64,000 nt of DNA from assembly GCF_006345805.1 (NCBI RefSeq), contig NC_043002.1:68882001-68946000 (forward strand), given 5' to 3'. Below, in pieces: positions 1 to 10,982 of this stretch; position 1 is the first letter of the stretch; every line of letters begins with the position of its first letter. Below the pieces are notes generated by a model. The model was not told where the DNA came from, made no database searches, and saw only the letters and a program-made list of their open reading frames with translations. Both the position numbers and the translations under genes were made by a program. The DNA is from Octopus sinensis. Lineage: Eukaryota.

Positions 1-410
1 GTGTCTCCACACACACTGAGAATCGTGAAGTTTATATTAAGTAACTCTTGTTCTATATGCATTGACATTATCTGGCTCAGCTTTTCCCTGTTATGTCTCT
101 GTGTAATCCTTTCTACTTTATATCCTTCTTTACCTCTTTTCTTCTACTTCTTTCTCTTTCTGTCATACTAAACACCATAAACTTAGCATTTGTATCAATA
201 ACAATACGAAAAAATTTCGAATTGCAAACTCTCTCTCTCTCACCCTATTTCTGTTTACCTCTTGCACATACATATACAATAGCGCATCCTCAACACTGTG
301 TTATATCAAAATTTTATTCTTACTCAGCCTCCTTTATCATTGATACAATAACCATCACTCTTGAACTTATTGACTTTATATAACATCCTCAAATTAACAA
401 ATTCTCTTAA

Positions 411-617
411 CCCCTTTGTTATCACATTTCTGTTAAGATGCTCTGTGCTTCAATTAATTTAAAATATAACAAAGAATTTAGTAAAATAACTTAGTTGTCG
501 TTAAGCTAGTGTTAGGAACATAAATTGAGACTAAGGTTTGGTGGAAGATTTTAATTCAGAACTTTTAAAAACAAGACATTTATACTACAGAACCAGAGCA
601 GGTTGGTATCAAAATGG
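411..617. mobile_element. piggyBac-type MITE (family 2)
   Basis: TTAA-flanked with imperfect TIRs. A similar copy lies at 23108-23321, and a SINE-interrupted copy at about 29270-29700. Confidence 0.6.
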
Positions 618-3600
618 TTAACTCACATTCTAATAATACTAATAATGTGTTTGTTGTATACAGTGCTCAGCTGCACTGTCACTTCATCTTGTATCACCCA
701 CCAGACTCCATATTAACCATGTTTCTCTATTCTTCTCTAGAATATTGCCCTCAGGAACTCCCTCCCAGTCTATGTTTTCCCCACCAGGCACCAATCTGCA
801 TTAATCCTGTTTAATATTGTACCATACTGTCTGTAATAAGGGATGGCATCTACCATCAGCCATTATCATTCTACCTCTCCTCTCTTCCATCCTGATACCT
901 GTGTAGCAAGAAATGACACAGGATCTGCCCGCATTCCCTATGAACCCCACTCCTGTCACCCTCTGTTGCTATCCATCATTCTCTCCCTTCCCATTGTGAA
1001 TCTTTGTTGACATCTATTACTGTTACCAACAGAATTTCTGTTGCTATCTACCACTGATGCATGACATCTCTATTGTTATTCTGTCAAGTTGCTTATGCTG
1101 GTTTTCTTTTTAACCTCCTATCAATTACCACTAACCAGCTTCTTCTCCTTTCCCTCCCCACTCTCCTAACATCCCATCATTCTGTTTCCCTCCCTATCAC
1201 TGATAATCATACTCTCTCGTTTTGACACCCTTGATCATTATTCCCTTTCTATTCACATTCTTGATTACTTTTACTTTGAAAAGGATTGAGATTATGAAGA
1301 GTACAGAAGACTACTTGGTCTTGCAGGGAGCAGAGCAATCTCACTGATGTTGGTGCCTCAAAACATGCAACCTATACTCTGTAAAGTGGCTGGTATTTGA
1401 TTGAAGGCATTGTAGAGTAGAGAAGACTCTTTAGTCACACAAATGACCGGATAGCCTCTTTAGTGCTGGTGCCATGATAAGATACACCCAGTATACCCTG
1501 CAAAGTGTTTGCTGTACAGTTGGGCATCAAGCTCTTCCTCAGAAACTATACCCTAAATAGAATGTATGAGCAAAGTGCAGCTCTCTGAGTGGGCAGTAAC
1601 TCCAGATAAAAATTGACTTGGACAGAGATGAACATAGGAAACAGATATTGGTGATAATTATAATGATGAATTGAATTTGGACATGAGCACCACTAACCTC
1701 ACTCAGCTATTTTTATCCTTTAATCTAAGGGAGCCTACAGTGCTTAGTATACTCCCCTATATCCTTTTGGTAAGGGATAAATGTTAACAAAATGAGTAGT
1801 GCAGTCTCATTAGGAGATTTGGGTACATATTGTAGGATGATCTTGTATGAGTCACTTTCAAGAGTGGAACAGTGTCAATTGTCTGTTTAAACAGCAAATG
1901 ACCATCAGGACTGTATAAATTACATATGTATCATTAGCTCATCACATCAGACTTACATTAGATTGTTACATTTTTGTGTTACATAAAAAAAAATTTCAGC
2001 TGAACAGTCTTGATATGTATTACAAAAGCCAACAAAGTTAGGATATGAATTTAGCTACTAGAATTAGTAGCCAAATTTAACCTCATATCATACCCTACCA
2101 TCTTTAAAAAAAAATGAAGGACCATACAGAATAATGTAGTCGTAAATATGTCTGGGGAAAATGATCATGGCTGGAATACCTTTCATCAAAGGGCCACTCA
2201 GTTAGGCCTGACCTAGGGTTAAATAGTGACTACACGTTGGATTTCTTTCTTCAACAGCAGAGATAAATATATTACAAGTTGTTGACATTAATACTAGATG
2301 TTAGTTTTTGGAGCATAGATATTAAGGTTTATTCTAGGTCTATCTGTTGAAATACTAGAAAATACATCATCTTCAAACAAATGATTTGGCCTTTTGATCC
2401 TTTACTGTTATGTGGGCCCTTGAGATGTTACATACTTATGTTATCCCCAAAATGGAATGGTTAAACATTTCAGTTTTGGAACTACCTTTTTTAGTTGAAA
2501 ATCCTTCTGAACACTAACAACTCAAAATAAGAATGGTTTCAGCTGAATAAACTGTTTGTCACAGCAAATAGAGTAATACAGGATTTCTAGAACACATGGT
2601 ACTTTTTTTTTTTTGCTTAAACTGGAGTTGTTTTGATTTATGGTAGCATTTAAGAGGGAGGAAGCAACTTAAGTCAAGAATATGTCAATTAGAGTTGGAA
2701 ATCCTCATTTTCATAGTAGATTCTAATCTTGGAATTTTTGTTCATATACAGATTTGTACAAGCCAATAGAGGAAGATACAGTGCCTAAAAAGTAATTTTA
2801 TGTATTTTTACTGTCTGCCACTATAAATTGTTAACACTCAGAATTAAAAACTGAGATAGAAGACATTAAATACCATATTTGATGGCTTACAAGGCACACT
2901 TTTTTTTTTTTTTTAACCAAATAGAAATCTTAGAAAATCAGTTTACATCTGTTAAACTCAAGGTCAGGATTTAGGTTGCTAGTACATGGTGGTTTAAGAA
3001 AGGACCTGCCAAAATTAAGGTGCGGCTTATAATGCTGTGTGCCTTATTTTGTTTCCATTTTGAGAAAATTATGTGATTAAGAAGTTTTTTTTGTCCCACC
3101 GTGAGGTTTTGGAATCAGTCTCACTGTTTGACAATTTGAGCAAGTGTCTTCTACTATAGCCCTGGACCGAACAAAGTCTTGCGAGTGGATTTAGTTGATG
3201 GCAACTGAAAGAAGCATATCATGTGTTAACATATATCACATGATCATGTGATCGACCATACTTTTGGATGTTGTTTTACATTGCTGATCACAATGCGATT
3301 CGTTTTCGAATGGTGCCACCACACTGGCTGGGCAAGTGGGCCAACATTCCCCTAGTTAGAAGGCTAGTCCATTGCAGGGTTACTAATTTACAGCTAGGTG
3401 GACTGGACCAACATGAAATGAAATGCTTTGCTCAAAAACACAATGGTGCAGCCAGTCCGTCTGGGCATCAAAACCACAATCATGAGTGCAACACACCTAA
3501 CCTCTAGGTCAAGTGCCTTGCTTGGCATTAGGAATGGTATCCAGTCATAGAAATCATGCCACAATGGACAATTAGAATCTAGACAGCTCTGTACTACCTT

Positions 3601-4268
3601 GCTCCATGTCCAACCATCTAGCCCATGCCAATATGGAAAGCATACATTAAACGATGATGATGATGATGATGATGATGCACACACACATGTGCGTGAGTGT
3701 TTGTTTCTCCTTGTCTTGACATGATGTGATAGATCTAAGCATGCTCACCATCATACAAGTGGTGTTCTCTTTTTCCAGTTTTACATGAAACATGTCCAAC
3801 CATTGGAGAACTATTTCCTTGCTTGGAAACAGGTAAATGTAGATAACCGGACAGACATTTAGCCTTAGAAGATCTGTCTAAACAAATTCCATCTGATCTA
3901 TACAAGCTTAGTAAAGTGGACATTGGAACTGATGTATACTTGTGTGCTAGGAGGTACACAGCTAAATGTTAGATTCACTAGTCTACATTTGTGCCATTTT
4001 GTAGATTCTGAGACGAAGGAAAAAACTTATTGTGATTGATTACATATATAATATACAAGCCATATCCATTTAAGTAACAGAAATTAATGCTTGATGCTTC
4101 ATCTTGATATTTCAGTAACAAATTTTTTTATAAAATTGAATATTCCTTAAAAGAAAAAAACAAAAAACAAAAACAAAATAGTTCTGAATATTAGATTTGA
4201 ACTTGTATTCTTTTACTTGTTTCAGTCATTGGACCACAGCCATACTGGAGCATCACCTTGAAGGGTTT

Positions 4269-4680
4269 TCATCATCATCGTTTAACATCCGCTTTCTATG
4301 CTAGCATGGGTTGGACGATTTTGACTGAGGGCTGGCAAACCAGATGGCTGCACCAGGCTCCAATCTTGATCTGGCAGAGTTTCTACAGCTGGATGCCCTT
4401 CCTAACGCCAACCACTCCAAGAGTGTAGTGGGTGCTTTTTATGTGCCATCGGCATGGGGGCCAGTCAGGCGGTACTGGCAATGATCTCACTTGAATCTTT
4501 TTCCACATGGCACCGGCACAGATGCCAGTAAGGCAACACTGGTAACGATCACACTCGAATGGTGCTTTTTACGTGCCACTGGCACGGATGCCAGTTACCC
4601 GCTCTGGCAGTAATCACGCTTGGATGGTGCTCTTAGCACCCTACTAGCACAGGCACAAGTGCTAGTAAGGCGATGCTGGT
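4269..4680 (-). mobile_element. SINE family C with a (GAT)n tail and an internal ~65-bp tandem repeat
   Basis: ggaagggcatccagctgtagaaact...gttaaacgatgatgatg tail; about 4 internal units. Confidence 0.8.
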
Positions 4681-4716
4681 TTTAGTTGATCATATTGACA
4701 TCAATATGTATTTTAA

Positions 4717-4881
4717 CCCTTTAGCATTCAAATTAGTTCATCAAATGTAATGTTTATTTATTCACATTGTTTTGAATTAATAATGCATTATCTCATAGCT
4801 TTAAGATATGAGTTTATTTGTAGAATGACATTATAGGGTATGTGCAAGAGGCCAGATACGGCCAGTTTAAGTACTAAAGGA
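4717..4881. mobile_element. piggyBac-type MITE (family 1, opposite orientation to the 28155 copy)
   Basis: TTAA|CCCTTTAG...CTAAAGGA|TTAA; interior similar to the reverse complement of the 28155 copy. A further decayed copy lies at about 25235-25425. Confidence 0.75.
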
Positions 4882-4997
4882 TTAAATTCTGGCATATACC
4901 GATATTGTTAGAACAACTAATTTATAAACACAGAGCACCATTTTAATTGCATGTTATTCATAAATAATGAGGGTGAGTTGGAAAATTACTTCCTTGA

Positions 4998-5066
4998 TAA
5001 TATAAGCTTAATAATAATAATAATAATAATAATGATAATAATAAGCTTAATAATAATAATAATAAT
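4998..5066. repeat. (TAA)n/(ATT)n microsatellite at the LINE 3' end, with an internal ataagcttaataataat duplication
   Basis: Direct reading; ataagcttaataataataat occurs at about 5002 and at 5041. Confidence 0.9.
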
Positions 5067-5350
5067 CAATTCTTTTTTATTGGCCACAAGGGCTGACACG
5101 CATGATTACATAAAGGGACAAGACAGGACGAAAGGTTACAAAGGGTTTTGCCATTTTTTTTAAAAACATCGAGTAAAAATCTTTATAACAACTTATAAAA
5201 TTCAACAATGAAAAACTCCCAAAAGGGGGAGACGTTTCGAAAGGTTCCTGGTGGAAAAAACCCTACAAAAGCCAACGGGAGCCTGGTCAAAAAAAAGGGG
5301 GTGTAGAGAGTCCCCTTTCTTCTCCTTTTACATTACCTTTTTCTTTGAAA

Positions 5351-8300
5351 TCACAGGCGAAACCTGAGAACTGGTCCATTTATACAGGCCAGTCTCGCAC
5401 ATTTCACCCACCTTTCATAAAACTTGCTATCAGACAGCACTTTCCTCTCTAACCTCATCTTCCTTTTCAAGTGAAACTTGAAAAAGTTGATGAGGTCTTG
5501 ACCAAAGAGGAAAGTGTCTGTCTTTAGCCCTTTCAAACGAGTCCACCACACGACCTCTTTCGCCACAGCCACTAGGCACAAGAAAACGGCCTCGCCCTCC
5601 TTGTTAAAGGAGGTTGGCGGGGCAATCTTCACTATGGATTCGGCCGATAGTCGGATCCGTCCTACACGTGACAGTAGCTGTTCGACATAAACCCATATTT
5701 CAGCAATACTCGGGCACTGAACGAGTGCGTGCAGAACGGTTTCGTCGTCCTGGCAACACCTCGGACAGGCCCGGCTGACGGCACTTCCGTGCCGGTAGAG
5801 TTTATCTCGAACAGGCAGAGCCCCTCGGTAGCACTGCCAAGCGAGAGACCTCTGGAAATTATCCATCGGCCCCGGCCCGAAAGTCCTCCCGAACAGACCG
5901 CACAGTTCGTCATCTTCAACGCCTAGAGTTTCCCCGAGAACGTCGTCGCATTTTTCCTCCACTAACCCTCTATAGAACGCTAGAGTGGAGCTGTAACCGA
6001 CTGCATTGCCCGCCTGGCGGAGGGCGGAGAGGGCTTGACGGCACTCGAGGTGCCAAGCGCCCTTTCTCGGTCTACGTTTGATCCAGGTCTGCAGTTCCGT
6101 CAAAGAGACGAGCTGCGGAAAATCGCGTCTGACAAAAGACGACCACACCTGTTCACCGTCTAGGAAGCGCTTGAGATGCCGCAGCCTGAGCGCATGTCTG
6201 CGCAACAGCAACCACGGCATTCCAAGGCCTCCGTTCAGCGGTCGTTGACAGCAGATGGATCGCCTGACCAGTGGCACCTGACCCTTCCACAAAAAGTCGA
6301 AGAGCAGACGTACCAGCTTGGCCAACCAGCGGTCGGGACAAGGGATGACGGTCAAGCGGTAATAGATGACGGATGCGATGTACGCATTCGCCACCTCCGC
6401 TCGACCTTTCAGGGACAGCTTCCTCTCGGCCCATTTCTGGGTGAAACGTGCCACCCTGCTCGTCACCTCTTCCCAGTTCTTATCCACCTGGAGGTCCGGA
6501 CCGAACCAGACCCCGAGCAGTTTAACGGGTCTGTCTGTCCAGCGCCCTACGACGCTGTTGGACGGCATGGGCTTGCCTCTCCAGGTGCCCAGTTGCAAGC
6601 CCACAGACTTTTCCGCGTTAATCTTTGCCCCTGTCACCGCTTCGTACTGGTTTAGCGTCTCGCCAATCAGGCCAATGTGCCTGTGGCTCGACACCACCAT
6701 GGTGACGTCGTCGGCATAAGCAGACACGCTGTTTCCGCCTCCTAGATCACACGGGATACCCCTCAAAGCCTCCAACTTGCGCAGTAATGGCTCGAGAGTC
6801 AAAATGTACAAGAGGGAGGAGAGAGGGCATCCTTGGCGGACCGAACGCGAGATGTCGAACGGTTCCGAAAGGTGACCGTTCACCCGTATCACTGAGCAGA
6901 TGTTGCTGTATAAAGCAGCGATCCACCCGCGGAAGACTGGACCGAAGCCGGCTGCCCTGAGGACAGCTGCCAGGTACCGATGGTCGACCCTATCGAAGGC
7001 TTTACTCTGATCCAAGTTGATCAAAGCCCCACCCGCGCCAGCGTCGTTACCACCCTCTCTATGATGTAGCGCATGAGATGGAGGTTGTCGTGTATCGACC
7101 TGGTCGGCACGGCGCATGTCTGCGTCTCGCCGACCAGCTTGTCCACGACAAGCGCCAATCTCTTGGCTAGCACCTTGGCCAAAATCTTCAACTCTGCATT
7201 GAGCAGAGTGATGGGCCGGAAATTCCCTATAACGTCCCCCTTGTTTGGGTCCTTCTTTAGCAAAGCCACACCCTCGACAGACAAAAGCAGGAATTCTCCC
7301 GTTTTGCTGCCAGTTGCAGTAGACATTTGCCAACAGGTCCGCAAACAAGTCTGGCATTGAAAAGTAAAGCTCGTAGGGCAGACCATCCAAACCCGGCGAT
7401 CTACCTCTCGTGCAACTCTTCATCGCTTCCTGTACTTCCCAGGCAGATATCGGTCCTTCGCAGCACTCTGCCTCGCTGTCCGAGAGTTGCGGCAGTCCGT
7501 CCAGGTACACACCGAAGTCTGTACCGTTGGTATCCGTTCCACCGCTCGTCCCAAACAGTTGAACAAAGTGCCGCTGAAGCACCGTACACATCTGCTTTGG
7601 TTGGGTAACCTCGCGCCCGTTCTGGTCCACCAAAGACCGAATGGTTGCTCTGTTGCCTCGCTTCGCCTCCGCCACGCGGGCCCATCGAGCGGCTCTAGTC
7701 CCCTCCCCGCTTAGCGAACGTGCCTTAGCTCTGACAACGCAGCCTTCGTGTTTGGCGTCGAAGTGTTGGTCGAGGGCCAACCTTGCCACCAACACGTCGG
7801 TCGCGATGCCAGTGTCAAGAGCCTCGTCTAGTTTCTTAACTAAATCCCGCTCTCTCTTCCTACGTTCAATAGCTAGAGTCTTACTATACTAATCGACTCT
7901 ACTCTAATTGCTCTCTTGAGGGCAAACCACCAGTTGTTGTTGATGATTGCCCCCGTGAGCGCCCGCTTAAATAGTAAACTAATCCGGTCTCTGTAAGCTT
8001 TGCACGCCGTTAACGACGCGTTCAGCTTCCAGTAGCCGGGTCCCTGTCTATGTAGCCTATCTAAGTCGACCGTACAGATCACTAATTTGTGGTCCGTATA
8101 TTCGACTAGGTGGAATTGTGGACACCCTACGCTGTCCTTATCCGCTGGCCTACAAAACACTCTATCTAAGTACGATCTAGACGACCCGATGCGGTTTGTC
8201 CAAGTCCACATTGGCACATTCGGGTTGTCTAGTCGAAACCTGTGGACAGCTGAAAGCGGCCGAGTAGGTTGGCGAGGCTCTTGCACCCTCCCCCTCTCCT

Positions 8301-8780
8301 ATCAGACGCTCCCCTGCCCACCCGATCGAAACGTTCGTCTAAGACAGCGTTCCAATCCCCAACTAGTACTAGAGTGCGTGACGTTCCCAGGAAAACTTCC
8401 AGACGTTTGAAATAATCCGACTGCCCTGCTCCTGTCGGAGCGTAGGCAGCCAGCAGTCTGAAAGCACCGCCGTCACTACCGTCGACGTCGAGGACCACCA
8501 ACTTACCTTCCGGAGCCAAGAAGACTGTCCTTATTTTCAGGTCCAGGCCCTTCCGAAACAACACCGCAGTACCACCACGCCCGCTCCCGGCCGACACGGA
8601 GATAGAAATATCTCGTATCCGCCGAAAAGGGCTGCGAGTTCCTGCGGGTCGGAGAGCCTGGTTTCACTGATGGCTTGCTACATCCACATCATGAAACCTC
8701 AGGTCGTTTAACAGGTGACCCTGTTTCCAAGGTGACCCGAGGCCTCTCACATTCAAGCAACCGATTCTAAGATTTGCCAT
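5351..8780 (-). pseudogene. Tx1 ORF2 endonuclease/reverse transcriptase, about 1143 aa after correcting six frameshifts
   Basis: Starts MANLRIGCLNVRGL at 8780. APE motifs ISET, LVGDWN, YLDRVF, TDH. RT motifs SPGLDG, NFRPITLLN, LDQSKAFDRVDH, RQGCPLS, AYADD. Zinc finger CPRC..ETVLHALVQC. Frameshifts near 8675, 8578, 8247, 7889, 7270 and 7051. No in-frame stops in the stitched frame. Confidence 0.9.
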
Positions 8781-9234
8781 GTTTCAAAAGTTAGGGGAAA
8801 AAAAAAGGAGAGAAAAAAGGCTCTACTACTATTGTTGGTGGTGGGGGTGGCTCCCTTGTGCTTTTGCACGGGTGCTTCAATAATATTTTTGTAAAGTTTC
8901 TGAGAGAAACTTTTCCCTAACGATCCCACATCGTTAGGGAATATTTGTTTTATTTCGTTGTAAACTGTTTTGTTTATTTTTATTGTGAGAATGTGTGCTG
9001 GTGGGTGTGTTGTGTGTAGGTATTATGAAATCTGTAATGTTTGTGCTTGTTTTGTTTTTCAAATACTCAACCAGTTCCTGGTTTCTTGTATTCACTGCTG
9101 TAATCGTGTCTGTAATTGTGTCTGTGTTTGTTTGTGTCTGTGGTAGTGGCAGTAGTGGTGTCGAAAAGTGTTGTTGTTGTTGTTTGTTGTTGTGAGTGTG
9201 TTGTTGTTGATGTTGTTGTTGATGCTGGGAAGTA

Positions 9235-10695
9235 CTATTTGTTCGTGTTTCCCCTGTAAATCTTTTTGTTTTTCCTCCTTTTCTTTTTTGGAGGCACTAT
9301 GTTCCATTCTCCTTTGTTGGAATCAGAGCTCGCACAATCCGAGATCTCTTCATCCGGCAAAGGAATGGTTGAGGGGTCTGCTTCAGTAGCAGGACGAAAA
9401 GTTTTTGGTTCCGCCGGTATCGGTGGTGCCGCTGCTCCTGTTACTGTTGATGTCGCTGCTGTCGACCTTCGAGGTACTGGTGTCGGTGTTGGTTTGGTGG
9501 TGGTTGTCGGTGTTGGTTTGGTGGTGGTTGTTGTTGTTGGAGGTGGTGTTGTTCGTCTTGGTGCTGGTGTTGGTGATGGTGTTGGTGGTGTGGCAGCCTT
9601 TGGTGTTTCTTGCTGTTTTTGTTGTTTCTGTTGTTGTTGCTTGTGTTGTTGTTGTTGTTGTTGTTGTTGCTGCTGCTGCCTCTTGCTGAAAGCCTCCATC
9701 CTCTTTTTGTGAATGGGATAGTCCCTCTTTAAGTGGCTTTCGCTGCTGCAGAGAAAACATTTTGGCTTTCGCCCCTCCACAGCAACGTTTAGCCTGGTGC
9801 CGTCCGGCAAACTTACGAAATCAGGGACTTTACTTATATTCTCTTGCTGAATTTGCGCAAGAAGCAGCACTCCCATCCCCAACCAGTTTTTCGCCCTCAC
9901 TCTCCTGACATCTAGAATGGTGGTAGTGTCCTCTATATCATAGAGGACAGCTGCCACCAGCCATGACATATCTAGCTCAGGGGGGGCAAGGTCGATTTTT
10001 ATTTTTGTTACTCTTCGCCCGAGGTGGGTCGGAACTAGTAACAAATTCTCAGTTTGCAAGGGCGAAATGGCGTTCGCCCTTGCAAGCTCCTCTGTTGGGA
10101 AGCGAACCTCCACGGTTCCAAAACGCTTCCCCTTGGTTACGTAGCTCTTTTGGGCCCAAATGGGCTTTAGAGCTATCTCCAACTGTTGGGGTGTGGCATT
10201 TGTTATTCTTTTTAGTTTTCTGTCGAAAACTTTGTAAATTATTGTTTTCTTGTTGGTGCTTTCAATCACCTCTTGTGGAGTATTGAGGAAGATGCCATTG
10301 CCATCCTTCCTTAACAACTCCTTCGCTCTTTTCACATCTTCTAGAGTTATCTTAACTTCCTCCGAAATTTGCTTCGCAGCAGAAGCAAAATTGTTGGAAG
10401 TTTTTTCTTTTTTCTCCGTGTCAATGTTTGTGATGATTTTTGTAATTGTTTTTTCTTCCTCCTCCTTCCGTACCAAAGCATTGGGTGAAGGCAGAGGGGG
10501 AAAATCGAGAATTACGTCGAACGCGACGTCCTGGCTTGCATTCTCCTTTTGAACGGAGCTCGTGCTCTCCGGTTCGGAAGGAGGATCTTTGTTGCCTTTT
10601 AAGGCGTGAAGTGGGTGTTTTGTACGAGTTGTGTGTGTTTGCGGAGGGAATGTATCTTGAAGGAAGGAACAGCCAACTGTTCGCTTCATAGCCAT
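9235..10695 (-). CDS. Tx1 ORF1 (gag-like nucleic-acid-binding protein, 486 aa as assembled)
   Basis: ATG at 10695. RRM-like middle region (GTVEVRF), single zinc knuckle KCFLCSSESHLKRDY (C-X2-C-X4-H-X4-Y), then polyQ, Pro/Thr-rich repeats and a basic KKKRRK stretch. Open reading may continue in shifted frames toward about 8830. Confidence 0.8.
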   Translation of the reverse strand: MAMKRTVGCSFLQDTFPPQTHTTRTKHPLHALKGNKDPPSEPESTSSVQKENASQDVAFDVILDFPPLPSPNALVRKEEEEKTITKIITNIDTEKKEKTSNNFASAAKQISEEVKITLEDVKRAKELLRKDGNGIFLNTPQEVIESTNKKTIIYKVFDRKLKRITNATPQQLEIALKPIWAQKSYVTKGKRFGTVEVRFPTEELARANAISPLQTENLLLVPTHLGRRVTKIKIDLAPPELDMSWLVAAVLYDIEDTTTILDVRRVRAKNWLGMGVLLLAQIQQENISKVPDFVSLPDGTRLNVAVEGRKPKCFLCSSESHLKRDYPIHKKRMEAFSKRQQQQQQQQQQQHKQQQQKQQKQQETPKAATPPTPSPTPAPRRTTPPPTTTTTTKPTPTTTTKPTPTPVPRRSTAATSTVTGAAAPPIPAEPKTFRPATEADPSTIPLPDEEISDCASSDSNKGEWNIVPPKKKRRKNKKIYRGNTNK

Positions 10696-10921
10696 GTTTT
10701 TTTGTAATATTCAAAAAGTTTAAAATGTCAAATGTTCAAAATTTTAAAAGACAATTTCACCCCGAATGGGGCAAAATTTCGCCCAACCGACAAGCTCCGC
10801 AAGAAGCCGGTCGGTTTGGCTACAAAAATATTAAAAAATATCAAAACTTATCAACAGATTTCCAATGAAATTGGTGTCAAATTCACGGAGCTGATTCACG
10901 TACGTCCATCGGCGTCGGAAG

Positions 10922-10922
<1 letters not shown>

Positions 10923-10965
<43 letters not shown>

Positions 10966-10981
10966 TAGTAATAATAATAAT
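10923..10981. repeat. (TAA)n microsatellite at the LINE 5' end
   Basis: About 19 near-perfect TAA units. Confidence 0.95.
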
Positions 10982-10982
10982 G

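Larger units (their letters stand above)
5067..10922 (-). mobile_element. Full-length non-LTR retrotransposon, Tx1 clade (L1 superfamily): 5'UTR, ORF1, ORF2 (APE-RT-CCHC), 3'UTR with AATAAA and (ATT)n tail
   Basis: Two-ORF layout with an AP-endonuclease + RT + C-terminal CCHC ORF2. GPGYWKLNASL linker and KLSLKGRAEVAN-type post-RT motif typical of Tx1. Sharp GC/CpG-rich block against AT-rich flanks. (TAA)n at 5009-5066 and from 10923 onward. Confidence 0.92.

Noticed and set aside
93-3959. Short ORFs of 60-120 aa here and throughout the AT-rich regions
   Set aside because: Low-complexity or repeat-derived, with no motifs and often non-ATG starts.
4420-4680. Regularly spaced palindromic repeats resembling a CRISPR array
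   Set aside because: The context is eukaryotic, the spacers are homologous to each other, there are no cas genes, and the array is internal to a dispersed SINE.
5662-9712. Many overlapping and antisense ORFs within the LINE
   Set aside because: These are expected shadows of GC-rich or low-complexity coding sequence. Those on the minus strand that carry APE/RT motifs are pieces of frameshifted ORF2.
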